Positions 38,468-48,135 are shown, counted from the first letter of the stretch. The stretch: DNA of 64,000 nt from a bacterium (GCA_021821305.1 JAKACP010000001.1:68934-132933), one strand, 5' to 3'. A program made the numbers and translations. Notes: generated by a model from the letters alone, not told the origin.

Positions 38468-38496
38468 ACAATATCATAATCCCTATTACTTGCCAA
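38468..38496 (-). promoter_or_regulatory. Putative sigma70 promoter of the kinase-cupin-GreA operon
   Basis: TTGGCA-17-TATTGT with extended TG. Confidence 0.5.
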
Positions 38497-38560
38497 TACC
38501 CCGTAATGTTTCAATTACCTTTGCATCACCGTGATACGCTGACCTGTTTAATGCGAAGCT

Positions 38561-38659
38561 ATGGCCTATACAACGAATTCGAAGGCGCCGAAGGTGCGAT
38601 GGGAAGCGGTGAAGATAGTTTCAGTTGGAGGTGTGGCACAAAATAGAAGGGTAAAGTAA
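38561..38659 (+). pseudogene. Possible decayed transposase N-terminus
   Basis: MAYTTNSKAPKVRWEAVKIV then early stop; resembles, from memory, N-termini of CPR HTH/DDE transposases. Confidence 0.3.
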
Positions 38660-38870
38660 ATATCCTTTCACCAGCAATGGTGAAACGCGTTTCGAGCCTT
38701 TGTGTGAAAGAAAAGGTTTTCTGATTTGACCGTTTCTTTGACCCAAACACGAAAGTTACTAGCTCCTTCAAGAGCTTAATGCAAACTTTATATGTCATTA
38801 CAAAATACGCCAGACACATAAAAACCCAGTCGCCAATGAAGGCAACTGGGTAACTGAGGGAGCGATACAG

Positions 38871-39440
38871 TCATGTTCGATAAATCCGATAGGCAACTAT
38901 GGTGTGATCTTCCCCTCTGGCGTTCTGGGAGATGAATTCTTCTTCCTCCGAGATTCCGCCAAGCTTTTCCGGAATACGACGACTGGGAACATTGTCCTTA
39001 TGAACCGGATAGTATAGGTACTCATACTCGATATGCTCGTCGGCCCATCGCTTAAGAGCCGCGACGATCTCGAATCCGAAACCGTTGTTCCATGCTGATT
39101 CCTTGAGCCATAGCCCCGGCTCGGGTCGCGTCCAGAGGTGATGCAACCCCGTGCATCCGATGAATTCCTCGGAGTTTTTTGACACCGCGACAAATTGAAG
39201 TTCTCCCCCTCGCCCCATACTGTCCAGCGAACCGGAAATGAACGCATCGGTATCAGCTATGTTTCCGGTCGGCTGTGGCCAAGTATACCGCGCCACCCGA
39301 TCTGTGAATGCCTGAAAAATTTCTTGCCGGTATTTCGCAGAAATCGGCACCAGAAGGAGCCGCTCTGTCTCGATTGTCACACTCCGTAAATCCATGATTT
39401 CGTCCCTTATAACATTTTGAATGAGCTTGTCACCGGGCAT
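38871..39440 (-). CDS. GNAT N-acetyltransferase (RimJ/RimL type)
   Basis: IETERLLL, EFIGCTGL, GLWLKESAWNNGFG, NVPSRRIPEKLGG. Confidence 0.9.
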   Translation of the reverse strand: MPGDKLIQNVIRDEIMDLRSVTIETERLLLVPISAKYRQEIFQAFTDRVARYTWPQPTGNIADTDAFISGSLDSMGRGGELQFVAVSKNSEEFIGCTGLHHLWTRPEPGLWLKESAWNNGFGFEIVAALKRWADEHIEYEYLYYPVHKDNVPSRRIPEKLGGISEEEEFISQNARGEDHTIVAYRIYRT

Positions 39441-39517
39441 AATTCCTAATGACAGACCATCTTATACCATAAATTCCATCATGTAAATAAGATCGGTCAG
39501 TTCAGTTGTCAAAGGAA

Positions 39518-39542
39518 AATGAAAAGGCGGCGTTTCCGCCGC
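39518..39542 (-). terminator. 25-bp terminator, copy 1 of an exact direct repeat
   Basis: GCGGCG-GAAA-CGCCGC-CTTTTCATT, identical to 40481..40505. Confidence 0.8.
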
Positions 39543-39676
39543 GTCTCCCAACTTCACTTGAGCCCTGTTATCCGAAGCAAGAAAGGACCTGCTCTTTTTT
39601 CTGCTTCTTTTCAAATGATGACGCTCGCGAAAAAGGCAGGCCCGGCTTTCAAAAAAGCGAAGGTTCAACAGTTCTC

Positions 39677-40441
39677 TCAGTGGCTTTCCAAATGACGTAA
39701 TACAACGCTCCCGTCGGAAAAAAAGTCAAAAAGAGACATCTTCCCCTCGTTCACCTTGTAAGCGATATTGCACGCGGAAACCGTACCGCGTGCTTTTTTT
39801 ATCCCCCGCGGACCATGATGAGCATGCCCGCTCAGGGCCAAGTGTGGATTTACTTGTTCGATAGCATCGCCCAGTCTCGAGCTGCCAAGAATGACATAGA
39901 GTTCTTTCGGTTCTCCTTCTATCGTTTCTTCGAAGGCCGCCCAGTGTGTAAGGGTGATCTTAAAATCAGGAGCCGCATTCTCCATTTGGTATAAGGCTGT
40001 TTTCAGTTTTTCCACTTCGCGATCTTCTTCTTCCACGAAAGACTTTGTCGCGCGCTCTCCACGGCTCACGATTCTGTGCGGGGCGAAGCCACCGCCATAC
40101 CCTTTCGCTCCGCCAATACCGACTTTCTTCCCATTCAGTTCATATTCGGCATACTCGCCATCAAGCACCTTGATAGACGGGTTCCCCAAAAGCATCTCTT
40201 TTATCCCATCCACATCATCGGCATCATAATCATGATTACCAAAGACCACGATTATCGGAACTTGTACACCGGAGACAAGATCAAGAAAGTGTTCCACTTC
40301 TTTCTTTTTCCCGTCATTCATATCGCCACCGATGATAAGCAGATCCGCAGTATCGTTTACATGATCAAAAAAGTCCTTTTGGATAGGATATTTGTTGACA
40401 TGAATGTCGCTTACAGCCGCAATGGAAAATACCGGTTTCAT
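39677..40441 (-). CDS. Calcineurin-like metallophosphoesterase
   Basis: SDIH, GGD, FGNHD, TH, SGHAH. Confidence 0.92.
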   Translation of the reverse strand: MKPVFSIAAVSDIHVNKYPIQKDFFDHVNDTADLLIIGGDMNDGKKKEVEHFLDLVSGVQVPIIVVFGNHDYDADDVDGIKEMLLGNPSIKVLDGEYAEYELNGKKVGIGGAKGYGGGFAPHRIVSRGERATKSFVEEEDREVEKLKTALYQMENAAPDFKITLTHWAAFEETIEGEPKELYVILGSSRLGDAIEQVNPHLALSGHAHHGPRGIKKARGTVSACNIAYKVNEGKMSLFDFFSDGSVVLRHLESH

Positions 40442-40480
40442 GCTTTAAGACTACCACAATGTTCGGATATGATACTAGAT

Positions 40481-40505
40481 AATGAAAAGGCGGCGTTTCC
40501 GCCGC
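40481..40505 (-). terminator. 25-bp terminator, copy 2 of an exact direct repeat
   Basis: Identical to 39518..39542; follows the LysM-CHAP gene. Confidence 0.8.
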
Positions 40506-40557
40506 TCTTTAGCACAGTCCGCCGTCATCAATTTTTCATTTCGGTTTCCGCTTCCGG

Positions 40558-40585
40558 TTAGAAATTAGGAATTAGAACTTAGACA
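40558..40585. repeat. Four tandem heptamers
   Basis: TTAGAAA TTAGGAA TTAGAAC TTAGACA. Confidence 0.65.
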
Positions 40586-40590
40586 TTGGC

Positions 40591-41694
40591 CTAGTACACG
40601 TATCCCTTGATCGAGCGGCTCGAGACCGCGATCACGCGCTTGTTCACTTTGCCCCATCCCTTGTAGTTCATTTCCGAGACGGTGATAGTGCCGCCGGAGA
40701 CCTTTTCCACGAGCGCGACGTGGCCGTAGTAGGCGTTGTCGGTCGTGACGACGATCGCGCCGACCGCCGGGGTCTTACCGGTCTTGTAGCCCATGGCGCG
40801 GGCGTTGTAGAGCCAGGTGCCGGCATTGCCGCCCCATGGGACATAGCGCTTCTGCGCGATATACCAGGTACAGTAGCCGTATGGGAACCGGTGCCCGGTT
40901 CCCGCCTTGCCCTCGAGTTTCTTGCCGACGCCGGATACGTCCGTGATATTCCCCGATCCCGAGGAGGTGGCGTACTGGCGGAGACCGATACCGGTCGTCG
41001 GCTCCGGCTTGGGCATTTCCTTGTATCCGCCCGGGATGACGATCGATTCGCCGGACACGAGCTCGCCGTTCGCCGGAAGCCCGTTGAACGATATGATCGT
41101 GGCCCGGTCGGCCTTGTATTTGGAAGCGATGGCGTCGATGGTCTCGCCGCTCGCCACCTTGTGCGAGAGTCCGGCGACCGGCAGGATGAATATCTGATCT
41201 CCGGGTTTGATGGAGTCGACATTGTCGAGGTCGTTCGCCCAGAGGATGGTGTTGACGGTGATCTTGTGCTTGGCCGCGATGCCGGACACCGTGTCGCCGT
41301 CCTTGACCGTATAGACGCTCACGCCGCCTTCCTCTTCCGGATCCTTGGTGATCGAAGCGCCGGCTTCCGCGGAAAGAAGAGCTCCTTCCTGGAACGCTAC
41401 GAGCTCGGCTTGGTCGTCGGCCGCCTTGTCAGCGGGGTCGATGGTGGCGACAGCGGTCGCGAGCGGAGCGAGGGAAAGGTTGGTCGTCGCCGTCTGCTCG
41501 GACGCGAAAGACTTCCGAGGGAGCTCGGACGTGGCGGAAACGGTGTCACGGAAAGACCCGAACACCGGGCTCTCGGAGCCCTGTTCCTGGGTGACATTCG
41601 TGACTGATACGAGAAGGGCGCTCGAGACTACCAGGGAAAAAGCGCCATAATTGCGGAATGGTTCGACGAGACGTCCGCCGAAACCGCCCTTCAC
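40591..41694 (-). CDS. Peptidoglycan hydrolase, two LysM domains plus CHAP domain (start uncertain)
   Basis: YTVKDGDTVSGIA..ILWAN, HKVASGETID; YGYCTWY...WGGNA..W...GHVALVE...SEMN. Confidence 0.92.
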   Translation of the reverse strand: MKGGFGGRLVEPFRNYGAFSLVVSSALLVSVTNVTQEQGSESPVFGSFRDTVSATSELPRKSFASEQTATTNLSLAPLATAVATIDPADKAADDQAELVAFQEGALLSAEAGASITKDPEEEGGVSVYTVKDGDTVSGIAAKHKITVNTILWANDLDNVDSIKPGDQIFILPVAGLSHKVASGETIDAIASKYKADRATIISFNGLPANGELVSGESIVIPGGYKEMPKPEPTTGIGLRQYATSSGSGNITDVSGVGKKLEGKAGTGHRFPYGYCTWYIAQKRYVPWGGNAGTWLYNARAMGYKTGKTPAVGAIVVTTDNAYYGHVALVEKVSGGTITVSEMNYKGWGKVNKRVIAVSSRSIKGYVY

Positions 41695-41913
41695 TGCCTC
41701 AATAGCCTCGCGCTGGAAGCGGTGGACCGCCGTATCGATGAGAGCGAATCTCTCCGCGGCGATTTCCCGGACCCGGGCGATGGCTGTTTTGATGCGAGAA
41801 AGAATAATAGGGAAGATCCCTTTCCTGAGACGGGGGCTGTAGGCAAGGCGCTCCTTTAATGAAAAAGAAGCCGCTCAAACCATCGGCCTCCGACCTAATT
41901 TTTACGCTTGGAA

Positions 41914-41942
41914 AGTATAGCCCTTCTCCGGGCTCCTGTCAA
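41914..41942 (-). promoter_or_regulatory. sigma70 promoter of the LysM-CHAP gene
   Basis: TTGACA-17-TATACT. Confidence 0.75.
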
Positions 41943-42072
41943 CAGTTTTCGCCTCATTTTCTCATTTTTTTGGCTCTATGAAAGCAAAAATTAATAAGAT
42001 ACCGACAGGCGATCCGCAGGCGAAAAAGGTACCGGGAAGGGGAAAATCCGGTTTGCCTGGTATAATGCCGTC

Positions 42073-43014
42073 ATGACCTCCATGACCCCCCTCCGATCCC
42101 TCATGAAACGGTTCTCGAGCCACCTCGAGATCGAGCTTGGCCGTGCGCCGAGGACGATATCGAACTATGAGCGGTCGCTCGGGAAGTTTTTCGACTGGAG
42201 CGGAGCGAAAACCCCCGAAGACATCACCTTCGACCGGATCCGGGAGTTCCGCATCTTCCTCAACCGGTCGGAAAACGGCCGCGGCGAGCCGCTCCGGAAA
42301 ACGACGCAGATCTATCATATCGTCGTCCTGCGCTCGTTCCTCAAGTTCCTGGCCAAGGAGGATATCGTCACCGTCCCCGCGGAAAAGATCGAGATCGGCA
42401 GGGTCCCGGACCGCCAGGTCGACTTCCTCGAGCTCGACGAGGTGATGCGCCTCATCGAGGCGGCCGACGGCGACAGCCTCCGCGCGCGGCGGGACCGCGC
42501 CATACTCGAGCTCCTCTTCTCGGCCGGCCTCCGCGTCTCCGAACTGACGAGTCTCGACCGCTCGTCGGTCAACCTCAACAAGGGCGAGTTCAGCGTCCGC
42601 GGCAAGGGCTCCAAGCTCCGGGTCGTCTTCCTCTCCGACGACGCGCGCCGTGCGCTCGAACGCTACCTCGACAAACGCACCGACATGGACCCGGCCATCT
42701 TCATCTCCCTCCCGAAGAAGGGGCTGGGCAAGGAACGCAAGAACGGAAGCCTCCGGCTCACGGAGCGGAGCGTCCAGCGCATCGTGAAACGCGCGGCGGT
42801 GAAGGCGGGCATCGTCAAGGACGTGCACCCGCACACGCTCCGGCACAGTTTCGCGACGGACCTCCTCCAGGGCGGCGCCGACATCCGCGCGGTACAGGCG
42901 ATGCTCGGCCACTCATCCATCACCACCACCCAGATCTACACCCACGTCACCAACGAACGCCTCCGCGAGATCCACGAGAAATTCCACGGGAAAAAGAAAA
43001 GGACGGGCACATGA
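42073..43014 (+). CDS. XerC/XerD-type tyrosine recombinase
   Basis: RDRAILELLFSAGLRVSEL, GKGSKLR, HPHTLRHSFAT, LGHSSITTTQIYTHV. Confidence 0.95.
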   Translation: MTSMTPLRSLMKRFSSHLEIELGRAPRTISNYERSLGKFFDWSGAKTPEDITFDRIREFRIFLNRSENGRGEPLRKTTQIYHIVVLRSFLKFLAKEDIVTVPAEKIEIGRVPDRQVDFLELDEVMRLIEAADGDSLRARRDRAILELLFSAGLRVSELTSLDRSSVNLNKGEFSVRGKGSKLRVVFLSDDARRALERYLDKRTDMDPAIFISLPKKGLGKERKNGSLRLTERSVQRIVKRAAVKAGIVKDVHPHTLRHSFATDLLQGGADIRAVQAMLGHSSITTTQIYTHVTNERLREIHEKFHGKKKRTGT

Positions 43015-43033
43015 GTGCACGCCCGAAAGAACC

Positions 43034-43903
43034 CTATATATCCGCCGCGTCGAAAAGCTGTCTCGAGTGGAACTGCATCACGCGAAGGGAATAGGCGAAA
43101 CGCTGGTATACCCGTTCACGACTTATCCCCATCGAGGTCGCGATATCGGCGAGATCCAACTCCTGATTCCGGCCGTTGAGACCGAACTTGCGCTCGACGA
43201 TTTCCAGATCGCGCGGGTTCTTGAGACATCCGAGCAATTTTTCCGCGGCCTGCACGGAATCCAACCTGTCCGATATGGAATCGGCATGATTTTCTTCCTG
43301 GTCATGGAGGACATCGTGGAGAGTCCGTTCATCCCCTTCTATCGCCGCATCGATCGAGAGCATCCGCGACGCCACCTTCCGTGCCAAGACGATTTTCGAT
43401 ACCGGAGTGCCGAGAATATCGGAAAGTTCCTCGTCCGTCGGCTCACGTCCGTTTTCCATGAAAAATTTCCGTTCCTCGCGGAAGATTTTCCTTGCCATAT
43501 CACCGATATGTTCGGGAACATGGACGACACGGTCCTTGCTCAGCGCCCGAAAGACGGCCTGTCGTATCCACCAGGTGGCATAGGTCGAGAATTTGAACCC
43601 GCGATCGGGGTCGAATTTCTCGACGGCCACGAAAAGACCGAGATTCCCCTCCTGTATGAGATCGGCCATCGGCATTCCCGTCCGACAATAATTCCTCGCG
43701 ATGGATATGACCAGGAAGAGGTTATGCTCGATGAGTTCCGTTCTTGCCTGCTCGTCGCCGGCTTGAATGCGCCGCCCGTACTCCCGTTCCTCTTCGAACG
43801 TGAGTATCCGGTGGCGTGCCTCGCTTATGTATGTCGAAACGATATTCCGTTCCTCGCGATTCTCATTGGTCAATTCGTCCAACAAATCGTCATCGGGTTC
43901 CAA
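43034..43903 (-). CDS. Alternative sigma70-family factor (regions 1.2-4, no region 1.1)
   Basis: [50 protein letters not shown]; TTG start with SD AAAGGAG. Confidence 0.9.
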   Translation of the reverse strand: MEPDDDLLDELTNENREERNIVSTYISEARHRILTFEEEREYGRRIQAGDEQARTELIEHNLFLVISIARNYCRTGMPMADLIQEGNLGLFVAVEKFDPDRGFKFSTYATWWIRQAVFRALSKDRVVHVPEHIGDMARKIFREERKFFMENGREPTDEELSDILGTPVSKIVLARKVASRMLSIDAAIEGDERTLHDVLHDQEENHADSISDRLDSVQAAEKLLGCLKNPRDLEIVERKFGLNGRNQELDLADIATSMGISRERVYQRFAYSLRVMQFHSRQLFDAADI

Positions 43904-43970
43904 TTCAGACTCCTTTTGTGAAAGAAACTGATTTCAAATAAACACGTTTCCTCGCTTTTGTCAAGAAACC

Positions 43971-46235
43971 TCAGACTTTCCGAAGCGGCGCGACGCCGAT
44001 CATCATTTTCTTGACGCCGACTTTCTTGAACGCGATGGTCGCGATCGTGCCGGACAGCGAAATGATGATACCGCCGCCGAATTCCGGATGCGATACGTTG
44101 TCCCCGGGCCGGAGATCGGTCTCGGCCACGATGGGTTCGCCCGACGGCGTCGATTTCGGCGCTGACATCATGTGCGTCGGCGAGGACGATGTATGCCGGG
44201 AACCGCCTCGGGGGAAACCTCCCCGGCGCGGGCGCGAAGCATAGGAAAGGAGCGAGAGTTGATCCTCCTCGACGGTTTCCTCGACGAGGGTGGTCGGGAT
44301 CTCGGCGATGAACCGCGAGGACGGGTTGACGTTGGTGGAGCCGAAGAGCATGCGCTGTTCGGCGGAGAGGAGATAGAGTTTCTCCTTGGCGCGGGTCAGG
44401 CCGACGTACATGAGCCGGCGCTCCTCTTCGAGATCCTCCTCGGAAAACGCGCTCCGCGAATGCGGGAACACGCCCTCCTCGAGACCCGCGAGAAAGACTA
44501 TCGGGAATTCGAGTCCCTTGGCGCTGTGGAGCGTCATCAAGTGCACCGCGTCGGCCGTCCCGTCGATCGAGTCCGTGTCCGAGGAGAGCGCGACCTCCTC
44601 GAGGAAGGTGCGGAGTCCCTCCGCGAGCGGCAGTTCGTCGTATTTTTTCGCGACGCCGAAAAGTTCGCGGACGTTTTCTTCACGCTCCGCCCCCTCGCTC
44701 GTCCCGTCGCGAAGCGACAGGAGGTATCCGGATTCGGTCGCGAGCGTCTCGAGGAGGAACGAGAATCTGATGCTCGTCTTCTCCTTTTCCATCTCATGGC
44801 GGAGCGGCGCGAACAGTCCGGCGAATGTCTTCAGTATGAGGATCTTCTTTTCCGGGATGCCGCTTTCGGACGCCGTCATCGTCTCGGTCGCGGCGAGGAG
44901 ATCGAGGCCCGTCGCATCGGCATACGCGCGCCACTTGCCGAGCGTCACGTCGCCGATCGTCCGCCTCGGCTCGTTTATGATGCGGCCGAGCGCCATGGCG
45001 TCGCGGGGATTGAGGAGAAGGCGCGCGTACGATATCACGTCCTTCACCTCCTTGCGCTGGTAGAACTTGAGCCCGCCGACGATACGGTAGGGAATCGAGA
45101 AGCGAAGCAGAAGCTCTTCCATCGCCCGCGACTGCGCGTTGGTCCGGTAGAGCACCGCGAAGTCGCCGAAACGCCGTCCGGCCTCGTGCCGCTTGGCTAT
45201 CGTGGTCGCGACGAACGCGGCCTCCTCGCCCTCGTCCCGAAGCGTCTTTATGGTGATGAGCTCCCCTTCCTTCGATTCGGTCCAGAGTTTCTTCTCGCGC
45301 TGGCTCTTGTTCCGCGAGATGACGCCGCTCGCGGCATCGAGGATGATCTGTGTCGATCGATAGTTGCGCTCGAGCGTGATGACCGTCGCTTCCGGATAGT
45401 CGCGTTCGAACTCGAGGATGTTGCGGATATCCGCCTGGCGCCACCGGTAGATGGACTGGTAGTCGTCGCCGATGACGAAGATGTTGCGCCGTTTCCTGGC
45501 GAGCGCCTGTACCATGAGGTACTGGAGCGGGTTCGTGTCCTGGTACTCGTCGACCATGACGTATTGGAAGAGGTCCTGATACCGTTCGAGGGTTTCCGGC
45601 GACTCGCGGAAGAGTTTGACCACGAGGCGGAGGAGATCGTCGAAGTCGAGGCTCTCGGTCTTTTTCAGTTCCTCCTGATAGCGGCGGTAGACCCGGGCAA
45701 CCTGTTCCTCGTAGAAGCTCCCGGCCTGGATCATGAAATCCTCGTCGTCGAGGAACGATCCCTTGGCCTTGGATATCGCCTCGAGCACGGACCGTGGCTT
45801 GATCTGATCCGGATCCATCTCGAGTTCCTTCATCGCGGAACGCACGATGCTCACCTGATCGTCGGCGTCGAGGATGTTGAAGCTCGTGCTGTAGCCGAGT
45901 ATGCCGATATCGCGGCGCAGTATCCTCGCCGATATCGCATGGAACGTTCCGACCACGGGCATCCCGCGGAAGCGTGTCGGGGATTCGCTCTCCGACGCGG
46001 CCTCCGCGAGGAGGTTTCCGATACGGTCCTTCATCTCGCCGGCCGCCTTGTTCGTGAACGTGACCGCGAGGATGTTCTCGGGCGCGACGCCCTTTTCGGC
46101 CATGAGGTAGGCGATCCGGTGGGTCAGGGTCTTCGTTTTTCCCGATCCGGCACCCGCCAGGATCAGGACCGGCCCCTCCGTCTGGAGCACGGCGCGGCGC
46201 TGTTCGGGGTTGAGTCCGCGTTCCCAGAATTTCAT
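43971..46235 (-). CDS. pcrA: UvrD/PcrA ATP-dependent DNA helicase
   Basis: AGAGSGKT, VDEYQDTN, GDDYQSIY, NYRST, TLHSAKGLEF, EERRLMYVGLTRA. Confidence 0.96.
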   Translation of the reverse strand: MKFWERGLNPEQRRAVLQTEGPVLILAGAGSGKTKTLTHRIAYLMAEKGVAPENILAVTFTNKAAGEMKDRIGNLLAEAASESESPTRFRGMPVVGTFHAISARILRRDIGILGYSTSFNILDADDQVSIVRSAMKELEMDPDQIKPRSVLEAISKAKGSFLDDEDFMIQAGSFYEEQVARVYRRYQEELKKTESLDFDDLLRLVVKLFRESPETLERYQDLFQYVMVDEYQDTNPLQYLMVQALARKRRNIFVIGDDYQSIYRWRQADIRNILEFERDYPEATVITLERNYRSTQIILDAASGVISRNKSQREKKLWTESKEGELITIKTLRDEGEEAAFVATTIAKRHEAGRRFGDFAVLYRTNAQSRAMEELLLRFSIPYRIVGGLKFYQRKEVKDVISYARLLLNPRDAMALGRIINEPRRTIGDVTLGKWRAYADATGLDLLAATETMTASESGIPEKKILILKTFAGLFAPLRHEMEKEKTSIRFSFLLETLATESGYLLSLRDGTSEGAEREENVRELFGVAKKYDELPLAEGLRTFLEEVALSSDTDSIDGTADAVHLMTLHSAKGLEFPIVFLAGLEEGVFPHSRSAFSEEDLEEERRLMYVGLTRAKEKLYLLSAEQRMLFGSTNVNPSSRFIAEIPTTLVEETVEEDQLSLLSYASRPRRGGFPRGGSRHTSSSPTHMMSAPKSTPSGEPIVAETDLRPGDNVSHPEFGGGIIISLSGTIATIAFKKVGVKKMMIGVAPLRKV

Positions 46236-46328
46236 ACGGAATATTCACTGATGACCGATACAGTGTAGCACGGCAGGACGACCGGAAAAAGAGTGTTATA
46301 ATGAATACGATAACCCGTCACATATCAT

Positions 46329-46769
46329 ATGTTCGAACCGTACCTCGTCGTCATCATACCGGTCGTCGTCGGCATCGGGACGCAGGCCCTGAAATTCGTC
46401 ATTTTCACCGCGAGGAACGGATGGAAGCCGGAGTACATGTTCACGCACGGCCACATGCCGAGCGCGCACACCGCGTTCGCCGTATCGCTCGCGACGGCCG
46501 TCGGCTGGTACGAGGGATACCATTCCGGAGTGTTCGCCGTCGCGCTCGCGCTCGCTTTCATCCTCGTCGATGACGCGGCGCGCATCCGCATGTACCTCGG
46601 CGACCAGGGACGCTATCTCAACATGCTCATCGCCCAGATGAAGGGCGTCGTCGACGAGGAGCAGTTCCCCCGCCTCAAGGAACGCGTCGGCCACCGGGTG
46701 AGCGAAGTGGTGGTCGGAGCGATCGTCGGCTTTGCCGCGACCATGGCGCTCGTCTCCCTCTTCACGTAG
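46329..46769 (+). CDS. Divergent PAP2-family (DUF212) membrane protein
   Basis: GHMPSAHTA...DDA..IR...LKERVGH...EV. Confidence 0.88.
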   Translation: MFEPYLVVIIPVVVGIGTQALKFVIFTARNGWKPEYMFTHGHMPSAHTAFAVSLATAVGWYEGYHSGVFAVALALAFILVDDAARIRMYLGDQGRYLNMLIAQMKGVVDEEQFPRLKERVGHRVSEVVVGAIVGFAATMALVSLFT

Positions 46770-46831
46770 CCGAGCCCGGGATCAGCTTGAACGAAACCGA
46801 CGACCCTAGGGTCGTCGGTCTTTCTTTATTT

Positions 46832-48085
46832 TCAAACCATTTTTTCCAGCTCTTCCTCGATCACTCTCCGATCGTTCCAGGGGAGGCGTTCGTCGCCCAC
46901 CGCCATGGTTTCTTCGGCACCTTTGCCGGTGACGAGGAGGATATCGCCAGGAGCGAGTATCGAGAGCGCTTTGCGTATCGCTTCGCGGCGGTCGAGGATC
47001 CTGAAGTAATCGACGCCTTTCTCCTTTCCCTTGATCCCCTGCTCCACCTCGTCGAGGATCCGTTCCGGGTCCTCGTGATACGGATCCTCGTTCGTGAGAA
47101 TGACGATATCGGCGTTCGACGAGACGATTTCGCCCATGATCGGCCGCTTGCCCCGATCACGCTCCCCGCAGGCCCCGAACACCGAGACGATCTTGGCGCC
47201 TTCCGCGCGCATCGAGGATGCGAGCGAATAGAGCTTGTCGAGCGAATCCGGCGTCACGGCGTAATCGATGAATATGTGGGCCCCGAGACCGTTCTCCACG
47301 CTGTCCATGCGACCCGGAACGAGCTTGACCTTTTCGATGGCCAGGGCCGCGGTCTCGAGCGGTACGCCGATGGCCGAGGTCGCGGCGATCGCCGCGAGCG
47401 CGTTCTCTACGTTGAACGTCCCCGGGATGGCGACGCGGAAAGACACGCCGGAAACCGCGAAGGTCGATCCCGACAGCGAGACCTCGAGGTTTTCCGCGTA
47501 GATATCCGCCTTGGGGTCGATGACGCTGTAGGTACGTTTCTCGCGGGCCCCCTCGAGGAAAAATTCCGGCTCCCACATGTCGAGATTCACGATCGCCTTC
47601 TTGGCGCCGTCGAAGAGCCGACGCTTGGCCCGCCGATATTCCTCCATCGTCTTGTGATAGTCGAGGTGTTCGCGCGTCACGTTGGTGATGACGGCGACCT
47701 CGTAGCGGATGCCAGAGACCCGCCGCTGATCGAGAGCGTGCGAAGAGACCTCGAGCACGGCATGGGTGCACCCGGCGTCCGCCGCGCTGCGCAGGAACCC
47801 CTGCAGTCTGCGGCCGGAAAGGGTGGTGAATTTCGACGTATTGATCCGCTCCTCGCCTGCGACTCGGAAATTGATCGTCGAGGCGAGAGCGACTTTTTTC
47901 CCGTCCTCTTCGAGGATGCGCGCGATGAGGTTCGCGGTGGTCGTCTTGCCGTTCGTCCCCGTCACTCCGATGATGGTGAGTCCGTGCGAGGGACAGCCGA
48001 AGTACCACGATGCCGCCACCGCCTCGACGAGATGGAAAAAATTCTTCATTCCCTGGGGGAGCAGTTTCGATATGATATGGCGCAT
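46832..48085 (-). CDS. murE: UDP-MurNAc-tripeptide synthetase
   Basis: GVTGTNGKTT, LEVSSH, EHLDYH, VPGRM, IDYA, GERDRGKRP. Confidence 0.93.
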   Translation of the reverse strand: MRHIISKLLPQGMKNFFHLVEAVAASWYFGCPSHGLTIIGVTGTNGKTTTANLIARILEEDGKKVALASTINFRVAGEERINTSKFTTLSGRRLQGFLRSAADAGCTHAVLEVSSHALDQRRVSGIRYEVAVITNVTREHLDYHKTMEEYRRAKRRLFDGAKKAIVNLDMWEPEFFLEGAREKRTYSVIDPKADIYAENLEVSLSGSTFAVSGVSFRVAIPGTFNVENALAAIAATSAIGVPLETAALAIEKVKLVPGRMDSVENGLGAHIFIDYAVTPDSLDKLYSLASSMRAEGAKIVSVFGACGERDRGKRPIMGEIVSSNADIVILTNEDPYHEDPERILDEVEQGIKGKEKGVDYFRILDRREAIRKALSILAPGDILLVTGKGAEETMAVGDERLPWNDRRVIEEELEKMV

Positions 48086-48135
48086 GGCGTTGTTCCTTAT
48101 GGGGGCTGACGTGTTATGGGATCTTGAACAGCTAT

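Noticed and set aside
35200-43014. Integron (co-oriented foreign genes near a tyrosine recombinase)
   Set aside because: No repeated attC-like sites found by eye; the recombinase lacks the IntI-specific insertion and has host-like codons, consistent with chromosomal Xer
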